DNA of 64,000 nucleotides from Candidatus Omnitrophota bacterium (GTDB lineage: Bacteria > Omnitrophota > Gorgyraeia > Gygaellales > Profunditerraquicolaceae). Shown here in pieces: positions 1 to 7,870 of the stretch. Numbering within the stretch: position 1 is the first letter of the stretch; every line of letters begins with the position of its first letter. The stretch covers positions 6,917 to 70,916 of the forward strand of contig JBHPDM010000002.1 of the NCBI GenBank assembly GCA_042577285.1, written 5' to 3'. A program made the translations under genes and the position numbers. Below the pieces are notes generated by a model. That model did not search any database. It was not told the origin of the DNA and saw only the letters and a list, made by a program, of their open reading frames with translations.

Positions 1-69
1 ATAAACGGTGCTGACTTCAACGCCGAGGTATACAGCCGCCTCCTTTACTCCGATTAACCGTTTCTGCAT
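1..69 (-). CDS. Excisionase-family helix-turn-helix DNA-binding protein (N-terminal fragment; continues past the window edge)
   Basis: The reverse strand from 69 reads MQKRLIGVKEAAVYLGVEVSTVY. This is the typical AlpA/Xis-type HTH N-terminus (KEAA-YLGVS--T-Y pattern). Confidence 0.55.
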   Translation of the reverse strand, partial: MQKRLIGVKEAAVYLGVEVSTVY

Positions 70-207
70 AATCCTGTCGCCTTTTGTTGCCTATTACCGC
101 TCATTTCGGGTAGTTTCAGGCACTATTTGAAGCTAGAAAAAAATCTGGCCGATCCGTGTTATGGCATTAAAACATGAAGTCTACTTCAATGAAGGCACAT
201 TTAACCA

Positions 208-414
208 TTATTCATCTGCGGACTCTAATTCAAGTCTCTTTGGGGGAACTGCGCCATAGTTGCCTATACCTTTCCTTCTTGGGTTGTGGCCAAACCTATA
301 CTCATGCAACGGGCATGCGCTGCCACACTCCTTCACTTTCTTGTATGATCCGCCGTCGGGACACATAAATAGGCAGACGGAGCGAATAGCTTGCATTGCT
401 GTTAGTCGTCTCAT
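208..414 (-). CDS. Small Cys-rich (zinc-finger-like) protein of unknown function, of a kind common in phage and integrative elements
   Basis: Motif: CLFMCPDGGSYKKVKECGSACPLHEYRFGHNP (C-x3-C ... C-x3-CPL-x2-YRFG). An internal ATG at 414 has a GGGAGA RBS. The ORF-track version extends to a TTG at 459. Confidence 0.5.
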   Translation of the reverse strand: MRRLTAMQAIRSVCLFMCPDGGSYKKVKECGSACPLHEYRFGHNPRRKGIGNYGAVPPKRLELESADE

Positions 415-516
415 AATTTTCTCCCACTTACCTATCTTGGTGATACCACCTTTCACCAAGATGTACTTATAGAAACTCTTGAATGATGAAGTATGTTGAA
501 AATAAAAGAGTTACGC

Positions 517-626
517 CATTCATTCATATTTAACTATCGCTTTCTAAACTATATATTAACTCTTTGATTATCAATGGGTTATATCATTCATTCATTGCCA
601 TCTTTCACGTGACGGATGAATGAATG
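517..626. repeat. Three copies of the 11-mer CATTCATTCAT (517-527 direct, 585-595 direct, 616-626 inverted)
   Basis: Read directly from the sequence. Copies 2 and 3 form an 11-bp inverted repeat that spans the stop codon of the ATPase gene. Confidence 0.7.
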
Positions 627-1598
627 ATCCCTTGAAAGATCCCCCAGTGGTTGGGACCACGCATATGGCTTCCTATTGTTATACAAGAACAACTTCTTCT
701 CTGCCTCTGCTTTCTTAATCGCACGGAATGCCGTCGCCTCAGAAACCTTAGCTTTACCCGCCAATGATTTGACTGCTATCAACCTATCAGGCATCTTCCC
801 TGTGATCCTAATCACCTCTTCGGTTGAAAGCTTGACCATCTTGCCTTTTTCAGCTGAACCCTTAACCTCAAGCCATAGCTGGTCATTTATAGCGATTATG
901 ATTGACTCGGGCTGCTCTCCGTTCCTCACTTTGTCGAAGTCCATCTTAATGACTTTACCTTTTTTGCTCAGATTGATAGCCGTATCAACCCAGGCCGGTA
1001 TAACCGTTGAACCCCTCATCCGCTGGGTACCCCTGCGATCGCCTTTGTTATGGTGGTGTATCAACACTACTGATATGCCAAATTCCTGGATCAACAGATC
1101 TAGCCTATCGAGGACTCTCTTCGTTTCCTGCTCTGAATTCTCGTCTCCTGAATGCACCTTATACATGCAGTCGATGATTAAGACGTCGTATTTTCCGCCC
1201 CCCAATGCTTCCCTGAGCCTTTCAAAGCTATCATTATTGTTAATGTCGAACCAAAAAATAGTATCCAGGAATAGCTCTCCTGCTTCCAACCCCCTATATT
1301 CCAGAATTCTCTTGAGGCGCTTCTGCAGGTTCCGCGGGCTTATCTCGAAATTTAAATATAAGACCTTCTTCTTCTCCGGAATCTCAAAGCCCAAATAAGG
1401 CAAGCCGGAAGCCAACGAAACGGCCAAGTTAAGCGCTATCAAGCTCTTTCCGATCCCCTCTGGTCCGGATATGATGGCTTTAGATCTCGGACAGAGTATA
1501 CCTTGACCCCACCAGTTATCTGTCTCGGGGAATTTATGCTCTAAGAACTCAAGTGCGTCTTTAGGTTCAAACTCAATATGGAATGTTGCAACGCTCAT
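588..1598 (-). CDS. RepA/AAA_25-like RecA-fold ATPase with a C-terminal HTH-like tail (replication/mobilisation module of the island)
   Basis: Walker A is SGPEGIGKS, Walker B is VLIIDC, and there is an LIHHHNK motif typical of RepA-like ATPases. An AAGGAG RBS lies upstream of the ATG at 1598. Confidence 0.7.
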   Translation of the reverse strand: MSVATFHIEFEPKDALEFLEHKFPETDNWWGQGILCPRSKAIISGPEGIGKSLIALNLAVSLASGLPYLGFEIPEKKKVLYLNFEISPRNLQKRLKRILEYRGLEAGELFLDTIFWFDINNNDSFERLREALGGGKYDVLIIDCMYKVHSGDENSEQETKRVLDRLDLLIQEFGISVVLIHHHNKGDRRGTQRMRGSTVIPAWVDTAINLSKKGKVIKMDFDKVRNGEQPESIIIAINDQLWLEVKGSAEKGKMVKLSTEEVIRITGKMPDRLIAVKSLAGKAKVSEATAFRAIKKAEAEKKLFLYNNRKPYAWSQPLGDLSRDHSFIRHVKDGNE

Positions 1599-1863
1599 CT
1601 CTATCTCCTTTTCTATCTCTATTTGTGCTGAATATGATGCTCTTTAGGTCATCTAATGACTTGACGTAGGATGAGACTTCAACTGCGCCGTTGTTCCAGT
1701 ACGACTGGATGAGGCCTTCTATTTCGGGAGCCGGCTCGAAAATAAAGTATACCTTTCTTTCTTCGCGCTCGTGGTCTATGAGTTTTACGTTCTTTGAACG
1801 GAGAAAAGCACAGAGGTATAAGTCTGAAGACCTGAAGCCAATTTTACCCTTACCCTTATCCAT
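1573..1863 (-). CDS. Small hypothetical protein (resembles DUF5659-type small proteins)
   Basis: 96-aa ORF with a GGAGGT RBS. The FRSSDLYLCAFLRSKNVKL...VYFIFE pattern is similar to DUF5659. It overlaps the downstream ATPase start by 26 nt. Confidence 0.5.
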   Translation of the reverse strand: MDKGKGKIGFRSSDLYLCAFLRSKNVKLIDHEREERKVYFIFEPAPEIEGLIQSYWNNGAVEVSSYVKSLDDLKSIIFSTNRDRKGDRDERCNIPY

Positions 1864-2005
1864 CTTTATCTTACCTCCTAAGGCAAATAAAAAACCCCGA
1901 CCAATAGTTTTCTGTGCTATTGATCAGGGCTCTAGTGCAGCGAACCTCTGATTTATCTTAGCTTAACGACATTGCATCGTTAAGGCTATTCTCAATTATA
2001 GAGTA

Positions 2006-2034
2006 AGTATAACACGGGCGAATGGGCTTGTCAA
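2006..2034 (-). promoter_or_regulatory. Sigma70-type promoter for the 1863->1 module
   Basis: The minus strand reads TTGACA-17 nt-TATACT. Confidence 0.5.
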
Positions 2035-2066
2035 GGCCTCCTCAGCCGGGGCAAGTGACTTGACGA

Positions 2067-2621
2067 TTAATATTTCGATAACTCCTGATTTATCTTATTT
2101 AGTAACCGCTGAAGGCGAGTCGCGTAAAGTCTGGCCTTTGGAAAATATGGCATCATTTTATTTGTAGCGAAACGAGCGGGGTAATCGGTCAGAATCAATT
2201 CAACGACATCAATCTGCTTTTGCAGGGTTTTTATATATCCTGGGATCATTTTAACTGTTTCTGGGCTAAACTGATTCTCTTGCCCATGCGAAAACTCTAA
2301 GACCAATATAACGAAAACTGAAGTAACACAACTTTCGAGTATTTTCGCTTGGGGAAACACGACATTAAAATCCGTCGCTTCCTTCGAAGTGAAACTGCTC
2401 GTATCCAGCCCTTTCATTTCGCCTGTAAAAACAGATAACTCTTCTCCAAAGCGCTTCAGTTCTATCATAGCGTCACCATTAATTGGATAATTGATTTTGT
2501 CGAACTTCACGGAGGATCCCCTATCCTCAGGCTGAAACCTTGATTTTATAGCCCTAACATTAATTATGCTTACTGCGATAATAATGCATATTACAACAAG
2601 CGTTACATTGGTCTTCTTCAT
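2067..2621 (-). CDS. Hypothetical membrane-anchored protein (last gene of the island cargo operon)
   Basis: N-terminal hydrophobic anchor VTLVVICIIIAVSII. A GGAGTGAGGTGA RBS precedes it, and it starts 8 nt after the upstream stop. Confidence 0.6.
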   Translation of the reverse strand: MKKTNVTLVVICIIIAVSIINVRAIKSRFQPEDRGSSVKFDKINYPINGDAMIELKRFGEELSVFTGEMKGLDTSSFTSKEATDFNVVFPQAKILESCVTSVFVILVLEFSHGQENQFSPETVKMIPGYIKTLQKQIDVVELILTDYPARFATNKMMPYFPKARLYATRLQRLLNKINQELSKY

Positions 2622-2629
2622 ATCTCACC

Positions 2630-3670
2630 TCACTCCCTTGGCTCATCTTCCTTGCTCAAGTCCAAGTAAATAATCCCCCAGTGCATCAGGTTGCTGTTCC
2701 CGTACGTATCCCCGCGCGTAATGTTCTCCAGCGCCAAGAGGTTCATCCATTGGTCCTTTGCCAGCTTATCGTCAGGATTCTCAGCCAGATGCTTCTTCAC
2801 CACCTGCACCATCTCCCAGCGCTTCTTGTTATACTCCTTGTTAGGTATGGTACCCATGTTGCTCATGCCGTAGTGGAACATCTGCTCGACAGTCCTCCAC
2901 TTGTAGAATGTCTCGTAAAGGACAGGGGAATATCTTTTCTTCTCGAGTATCGATGAAAGAATCTTCAGCCCTTCCTCTGTTGGGCTCCCTTCGAAGTCAT
3001 CGGGGGCACCGAAGCTGTCGCTGATAAGGTAGCAGTCAGAAATCCTCAACTCAATACAATCTTCAGCTGGGCTGCCATTGTATTTCTCCCTGAGGGGCTT
3101 CAAAAGCTCATAGGCCTTTTCGCCAACGCCATCCTTCTTGCTCTCCAAGAGTTCCAAGGCCTTGAGATAATCCTTCCTGTCACCTTTGTCGCTTATCAGG
3201 CTTACCTCTGCATCCTTGGACTCGGCTAAATACTTGCCCTTACCGTAGACCTCCACCAGGAGCCTTGCGCCCTCTTCCGTCAACTCGGCGAATGGCTTGC
3301 CAACTTCCGCCCATTCGCGCTTGTGCACATCCTCTTCCTTCTCTTCGATGCCCCCGTAGAAAACCTGAAGCTTTTCCGCGACCAAATCCTCCAGACCCTT
3401 GAACTTTTCTAGCTTGGCAGGCACTTCCATCGCACCGAGCCTATCCCTTATCTCCTGCAGGTCAGCCACAGCCTGCCCTGAGGCTTCCTTGATATGCTCT
3501 GTATCCTTCTCAGGATCTCCCCAACCGAGCCATAGAAGCATATCTGTGGTTACTGCCTCGATCTGCTGCATTGCGTAGACTAGCTCATCAAAAGCGTCTT
3601 CAGTCTCAGAAGCCAAAATGACGCCAGCAAATAATAACAGGGCTAACGTGATAATAATTACCTTACCCAT
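2630..3670 (-). CDS. Hypothetical secreted helical protein
   Basis: The start was moved to the internal ATG at 3670 (MGKVIIITLALLLFAGVILASE is signal-peptide-like). That ATG lies within the last 8 nt of the upstream gene (ATGGGTAA). Confidence 0.6.
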   Translation of the reverse strand: MGKVIIITLALLLFAGVILASETEDAFDELVYAMQQIEAVTTDMLLWLGWGDPEKDTEHIKEASGQAVADLQEIRDRLGAMEVPAKLEKFKGLEDLVAEKLQVFYGGIEEKEEDVHKREWAEVGKPFAELTEEGARLLVEVYGKGKYLAESKDAEVSLISDKGDRKDYLKALELLESKKDGVGEKAYELLKPLREKYNGSPAEDCIELRISDCYLISDSFGAPDDFEGSPTEEGLKILSSILEKKRYSPVLYETFYKWRTVEQMFHYGMSNMGTIPNKEYNKKRWEMVQVVKKHLAENPDDKLAKDQWMNLLALENITRGDTYGNSNLMHWGIIYLDLSKEDEPRE

Positions 3671-4283
3671 CAATCTCTTCCTCGCTGTATCCTTCAGAAG
3701 CAAAATAATACGGGTTGTATTCTTCTTCCTCGATATCCCTACCAAGTACATAATCAGCCGTATTCCTGAAAACACTTGAAACGATAGGCGTAAGAAACTC
3801 TACGTCATCTTCGTGTTGCTCTGCCTTGCGACGCCTAAACACAGTTGTAAAAATCCAGCGCAGCAACATGGGAATCCTCGACTCATCCCCGTCCCGTAAG
3901 AGACTATTGGCATAGAATTCAATTTTAGGTGGGCTTGGTTCGAATGTGCGCCTGTAAACTAGATATAAATCCTCATCCTTGATGCTAGGTCCCATTTTCC
4001 ATAAGTAATCCCTGTCGTCAAGCAGAGAAAGGTAGCAAAAAATATACAGCTTCCCCAGGATACCCAGAACCCTTTTCTTGAACAAGCCCTCTTCGAGGTA
4101 ATCTTCCAATAAGCCTATGCGCCTGAATATGAACCCGAAAGCGGTAATTGAACTTGCCAGAAGACACCTGGACAACTCAGCCAGGATATCCAAATCAACC
4201 GAAGGGATTTCTATCAGGGAATCCATCAATTTTACCTCTAACTCTATATATAGCAAGATTAGCTTCTCTTGGGGTTTATCCAT
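3663..4283 (-). CDS. Hypothetical cytoplasmic protein with an acidic C-terminus
   Basis: 206-aa ORF in an operon context. No recognisable motif. Confidence 0.55.
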   Translation of the reverse strand: MDKPQEKLILLYIELEVKLMDSLIEIPSVDLDILAELSRCLLASSITAFGFIFRRIGLLEDYLEEGLFKKRVLGILGKLYIFCYLSLLDDRDYLWKMGPSIKDEDLYLVYRRTFEPSPPKIEFYANSLLRDGDESRIPMLLRWIFTTVFRRRKAEQHEDDVEFLTPIVSSVFRNTADYVLGRDIEEEEYNPYYFASEGYSEEEIDG

Positions 4284-4301
4284 ACATTCAACATCCTATC
4301 T

Positions 4302-4793
4302 TTATAGTAGCTTTATCAGCTTCCCTTTACCCCAAGAACTCTTAGCTTCCCCCTGAGCCTGTTGCATAAGCGAATAGGCCTTCTTCTTCCGAGTCTCTAC
4401 TTCTTTTAACAAAACAGCTAGAACTCTCTTGTAACCTTTATTTCTACTGCTTACCTTCTTGAATTGACTACGCGTCATCGGAATAGAAGAACCATAGAGG
4501 CACTTCACTTTCGCATATTCCTTGCTGGGTATAAACCGAGCCAAGTTGACATACGCATTCCTATAAGCTTCGGCCTTCTTCCTATCCTTGATCAGCGCGC
4601 AGTAAAGAATCCAGAATTCAAGAGCCTCTCCTATGTCTTTCTTGGGGTGGGGGAGTAGCTTATCTGGTATCCCGTAGGCCATGAACTCGAAATCAGTGGC
4701 CACATTAACAAAATCTCTCACGATATCACTGAACCTCTGCAGTTTTCTCCCTAATTCATCACCTTTTCTTTTCATGTCCTTACCCGCTCTCAT
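4302..4793 (-). CDS. Hypothetical basic protein
   Basis: The start at 4793 forms an ATGA overlap with the stop of the upstream gene. No recognisable motif. Confidence 0.55.
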   Translation of the reverse strand: MRAGKDMKRKGDELGRKLQRFSDIVRDFVNVATDFEFMAYGIPDKLLPHPKKDIGEALEFWILYCALIKDRKKAEAYRNAYVNLARFIPSKEYAKVKCLYGSSIPMTRSQFKKVSSRNKGYKRVLAVLLKEVETRKKKAYSLMQQAQGEAKSSWGKGKLIKLL

Positions 4794-5596
4794 TCTATTT
4801 TGCTGAATTTCTCTCCATCCCACCGGTAGATTTCCTCATATCTCTTGCCAGTGTTATAGTTCGGCTTATAGTCAGACTCCTCGAAAACGAAAGCAGCTTT
4901 TCCGTCTATAGTCTCTAAGCGGGTATTCGGAGTCCCGGAACCGTGTTCGAATATGACCTCATGACTATCCTTAAACTTGATCACTTTAGCTCCGCTCGAA
5001 TGTACCCCCGCCGCGTAAGTTATCGCCACCTCCGATGCGCCGTCCCCGTCTAAGTCGAGCTCTCTCGCCTCATAGCTCCTAAGGTCATCCTCTACTATGA
5101 TCCTGTTGACTATCTCCTGCTGCGCATCAGTAAGAGACGGAAGCCTGATAAACGTATAATTACACTTGTACTCACCAAATTCCCAGCAGTACACCAGATC
5201 GGTCTCAGGATATTCTTCCGTACCTTCCATCTTTATGACGACCTCCCTGAAGCCGTCACCATTTATATCTTCCACATCTACTGTTTCGACATTCTGAAAA
5301 TTTGGGAGCGCATCCCAGTAGATCTCTTTTCCCTGACTATCGAATATCTTGACCACCGCCCCCGTATCATCACCCCAATCATCTTCTATGTTAGTACTGA
5401 ACCTGCAGTAATCTATTACCTTAACGCTCTCAGGCTTGCCATCATTGTTAAGGTCTATATCCTTGAAGTATGCTACTAAGGTGCGCCCGTAGTCTCCCTC
5501 GCCTATAGGACAGCCCCCTTGGTAGGCGGAAGCAGGTGTTAAAAATAAGTAGGTTGCCAAGACCATCAAAGCCACTATTAACTGTTTTTTATTCAC
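4790..5596 (-). CDS. Exported protein with three D-x-[ND]-x-D-G Ca-binding-like (FG-GAP/EF-hand-like) motifs
   Basis: Signal peptide ends LTPASA. Motifs are DLNNDGKPE, DINGDGFRE and DLDGDGASE. The GTG start overlaps the HNH gene stop by 8 nt. Confidence 0.6.
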   Translation of the reverse strand: MNKKQLIVALMVLATYLFLTPASAYQGGCPIGEGDYGRTLVAYFKDIDLNNDGKPESVKVIDYCRFSTNIEDDWGDDTGAVVKIFDSQGKEIYWDALPNFQNVETVDVEDINGDGFREVVIKMEGTEEYPETDLVYCWEFGEYKCNYTFIRLPSLTDAQQEIVNRIIVEDDLRSYEARELDLDGDGASEVAITYAAGVHSSGAKVIKFKDSHEVIFEHGSGTPNTRLETIDGKAAFVFEESDYKPNYNTGKRYEEIYRWDGEKFSKIE

Positions 5597-6596
5597 TTGC
5601 TTTCTGTTTTAGTTTATTCTTATCTTCTACTAACCCCAAATGATGCATCTTCCTGTGACAATTAGGACATAAGGCTACCGCGTTGTTAATGGTATCCGTT
5701 CCGCCTTCTGCACGCTCCTTGATATGATGACACTCTAAAAATGGTTTGCCGTGGCGAGATAAGAAAGGTGCCGGCTGATCGCACAATTCGCACTTTCCTT
5801 TGGCTCTATTTTTTGCATTTGCGGATACATAAGGATTTCTAGGATAGTAAATTGATGTGGCTTTACGTGGAGGCTTAGTTTCTGCCTGAGAAGCAAGTTG
5901 CTTAACCTGCTTAGGATCTTTACCAGCGGCTTTATATTCTTCCCCTGCTTCCTCTTGCTGAAACTCTTCTCTGGTGAGTAATATTTTAGTGGCCGGCTGC
6001 TTCTCTGTTATGGAGGACCCTGATAATTCACCCTTTAACTCTCTGTAAACACCTATTAGATTACTTAGATCGTGGGCTAATGTATCCGTATCAGGAATGC
6101 TGTCTTTTGAATAATACTTGCCACATATAGTCCCCAGTTCATAACCTTTACCAAGCGTATGCTTGGCGTGCAGGTTTATCTTATAGGCCGGAAAGTCACC
6201 CAATGCAGACTTTATTATGCCCCTATAGTGTACTGCTGTGCTCTTTATCTCCTCTCGCGCCTTCTTAAGTGGATGGTACTTATCCTCAAACTGAGTCCAG
6301 CCTATGCCTAGCGTTAAATATACGCCCTCCATATTGGCATCAAAGAGGTAGACAATATAGTATCCCTTCTGAGCAGAAGTAGTAATACTTTTATCAAATA
6401 TGCCTACCCACGGAATCTCTGCCCAATTGCCTTGGCCGGGAGCGCCTTCAATAAGATATTGTTTTGGGATATGTGCCGTGGCTTTGATTACTGCTGGTAG
6501 GTCACGCCTGATATAATTTGCGAGGCTATTGCCGGCTAATGCGCCTCTAGTATTAGCCTTATATTCATTTAATACTTTGAGTAATGCCTGCTTCAT
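5589..6596 (-). CDS. McrB N-terminal-like (DUF3578) DNA-reader domain fused to an HNH nuclease; putative modification-dependent (type IV) restriction endonuclease
   Basis: The N-terminal half has GAPGQGNWAEIPWVGIFDKSITTSAQKGYYIVYLF (DUF3578/MrcB_N signature). The C-terminus has CELC...ECHHIKERAEGG...NAVALCPNCHRKMH (HNH). Confidence 0.75.
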   Translation of the reverse strand: MKQALLKVLNEYKANTRGALAGNSLANYIRRDLPAVIKATAHIPKQYLIEGAPGQGNWAEIPWVGIFDKSITTSAQKGYYIVYLFDANMEGVYLTLGIGWTQFEDKYHPLKKAREEIKSTAVHYRGIIKSALGDFPAYKINLHAKHTLGKGYELGTICGKYYSKDSIPDTDTLAHDLSNLIGVYRELKGELSGSSITEKQPATKILLTREEFQQEEAGEEYKAAGKDPKQVKQLASQAETKPPRKATSIYYPRNPYVSANAKNRAKGKCELCDQPAPFLSRHGKPFLECHHIKERAEGGTDTINNAVALCPNCHRKMHHLGLVEDKNKLKQKASE

Positions 6597-6646
6597 ACGA
6601 TTCCTTACATACGCTACTGCATCGCAACTATATGCTAATTATACCA

Positions 6647-6817
6647 CTACTTAGGTATCATTTGAGCCTTTTTCTTGATCTCTAGAGAAATAAGTATCTG
6701 TCTTAGTTCCCTAGAGGAAAGATTATCGGTACGCCTCAGGCCGCAGTCATACCGTAAGAATAGTTGTAGCCGGATCAGCGCCTTTGTTTCTTGGATTATC
6801 TTATTGGTAGGCTTCAT
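6647..6817 (-). CDS. Small 56-aa ORF leading the cargo operon (not in the ORF track)
   Basis: My own translation is MKPTNKIIQETKALIRLQLFLRYDCGLRRTDNLSSRELRQILISLEIKKKAQMIPK. It is preceded by a strong GGAGGTGGGAG RBS. Confidence 0.35.
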   Translation of the reverse strand: MKPTNKIIQETKALIRLQLFLRYDCGLRRTDNLSSRELRQILISLEIKKKAQMIPK

Positions 6818-6877
6818 ATCTCCCACCTCCTACCACAATAGACGCAGGAAGTGGGGGAATCTAACTAACTATTTTTC

Positions 6878-6907
6878 TTGGCATAAGCCTCTTTTGGGGA
6901 GTATAAT
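6878..6907 (+). promoter_or_regulatory. Promoter TTGGCA-18 nt-TATAAT, placed 7 nt before the ATG at 6915 (implies a leaderless mRNA)
   Basis: Read directly. There is no SD between the -10 box and the ATG. Confidence 0.4.
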
Positions 6908-6914
6908 TGGAATT

Positions 6915-7154
6915 ATGGATAAACTCTATTGCCCAGAATGTAAAAGTGAATTAAAAATTACAGAGCTGGATATGGCGGGGATTAAAACTACCCCTATTAG
7001 CTTATTCAACTACCAAAAACAATGTGAGAAATGCAATAGTTTCTTAATCTTTAATCCCAAAACCAAAACCTTTAGAAAGCTATCTCCCTTGAAACGATGG
7101 TTTAATAATAGATTCGGTATTACAATGGAGATGAGAAAAACTAAGGAGGAATAA
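6915..7154 (+). CDS. Small zinc-ribbon protein (CPEC...CEKC)
   Basis: Sequence: MDKLYCPECKSELKITELD...QKQCEKCNSFLIF. The upstream 80 codons of track ORF 6675-7154 are antisense to the 56-aa ORF and its RBS, so they were discarded. Confidence 0.5.
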   Translation: MDKLYCPECKSELKITELDMAGIKTTPISLFNYQKQCEKCNSFLIFNPKTKTFRKLSPLKRWFNNRFGITMEMRKTKEE

Positions 7155-7303
7155 TGGAAAATTGGTATTTGTATAGGCTCTTGGAAGACTATCTTTCAAC
7201 ACACCCTGTGCGACAAGGTATATTCGCTGGTCTCGTCAGCGGAACCGTAGTAGTAGTGTTAACGGAGTTCATTAAATACTTAGTAAACTTAGTAAGACGA
7301 TAG
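7154..7303 (+). CDS. 49-aa single-pass membrane microprotein, translationally coupled to the zinc-ribbon gene
   Basis: TAATG stop/start overlap. An AAGGAGGA RBS sits at 7143-7150. The hydrophobic core is GIFAGLVSGTVVVVLTEFI. Confidence 0.45.
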   Translation: MENWYLYRLLEDYLSTHPVRQGIFAGLVSGTVVVVLTEFIKYLVNLVRR

Positions 7304-7476
7304 CCCCTAAATCTGCCCTACAATCAACGAATTCTCCCATTAAAATTAATCAACCACTACCATCCCAAACCTAAAAATGGGTCACGTAAATTTCTCTGGC
7401 TTTGCATAAGCATCCTACCCCCTTGGGGGGGGGAAGCGGGTTTTATTCACGAACGGGGGCACAGTAAGAACGCCGC

Positions 7477-7505
7477 TTGACAATGTCATTACATGATGAT
7501 ACACT
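7477..7505 (+). promoter_or_regulatory. Sigma70-type promoter for the RHH gene
   Basis: TTGACA-17 nt-TACACT. Confidence 0.45.
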
Positions 7506-7514
7506 CAGCTCATC

Positions 7515-7655
7515 ATGAGCAAGAAGAAAGGCAGTTTCATCCAGATAAGGATCAGCGAGGAAGAGAAGAGGAAGATCAAGCAAGAGGCTGGGAAGAAAGG
7601 ATTTGACTCCATCTCCGCCTTCCTGCTCTGGCTTTTCAGGAAATCCTGCAGGTAA
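7515..7655 (+). CDS. Ribbon-helix-helix (CopG/MobC-like) small protein, 46 aa
   Basis: My own translation is MSKKKGSFIQIRISEEEKRKIKQEAGKKGFDSISAFLLWLFRKSCR. The pattern (beta strand, then EE--K-IK--A---G-S-S-FL) is typical of RHH/MobC accessory proteins. Confidence 0.5.
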   Translation: MSKKKGSFIQIRISEEEKRKIKQEAGKKGFDSISAFLLWLFRKSCR

Positions 7656-7747
7656 TCATACCCACCGAATCACCCCTCGTGACCAAATTGTGACTATAAT
7701 TGGTCAAAATCAACCAAAAGTGATCTAAGTTGGTATAAAATGAAAAT

Positions 7748-7767
7748 CCCCGTAAGTGGCTACGGGG
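7748..7767. terminator. Hairpin CCCCGTA-6 nt-TACGGGG, 11 nt past the tRNA-Asp 3' end, T-rich on both sides
   Basis: 7-bp GC-rich stem. On the minus strand it is followed by ATTTTCATTTT. Confidence 0.45.
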
Positions 7768-7778
7768 ACTTCATTTAT

Positions 7779-7857
7779 TGGCGGGCCCGACGAGATTTGA
7801 ACTCGCGGTCTTCAGATCGACAATCTGACGTGCTGAACCAGGCTGCACCACGGGCCC
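7779..7857 (-). tRNA. tRNA-Asp (anticodon GTC), CCA encoded
   Basis: Hand-folded cloverleaf. Acceptor GGGCCCG/CGGGCCC, anticodon loop TTGTCGA, T-loop TTCAAAT. Confidence 0.9.
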
Positions 7858-7870
7858 ACTAACTTGTATC

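Larger units (their letters stand above)
1..7778. mobile_element. Putative integrated accessory/mobile island abutting the 3' end of tRNA-Asp (left end lies outside the window)
   Basis: An excisionase-type HTH gene, a RepA/AAA_25-like ATPase, an RHH gene, a type IV restriction-like nuclease and many orphan ORFs sit directly 3' of tRNA-Asp (7779-7857). By eye the region looks more AT-rich than the core (not computed). No integrase or att repeat was seen in the window. Confidence 0.45.

Noticed and set aside
676-1398. 240-aa plus-strand ORF.
   Set aside because: It lies entirely antisense to the RepA/AAA_25-like ATPase gene, which has clear Walker motifs. Its translation is low-complexity Ser/Leu-rich, typical of a shadow ORF.
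6675-6914. N-terminal 80 codons of track ORF 6675-7154.
   Set aside because: This part is antisense to the 56-aa ORF and its strong RBS. A good promoter ends 7 nt before the internal ATG at 6915, where the zinc-ribbon motif begins.
7656-7778. att site or direct repeat of the tRNA-Asp 3' end within the island.
   Set aside because: I looked for the terminal tRNA sequence (GATTTGAACTCGCGG / GCGGGCCCGACGAG) elsewhere in 1-7700 and did not see it. Only an imperfect inverted repeat (GACCAAATT...AATTGGTC) is present, so the island boundary is not proven.
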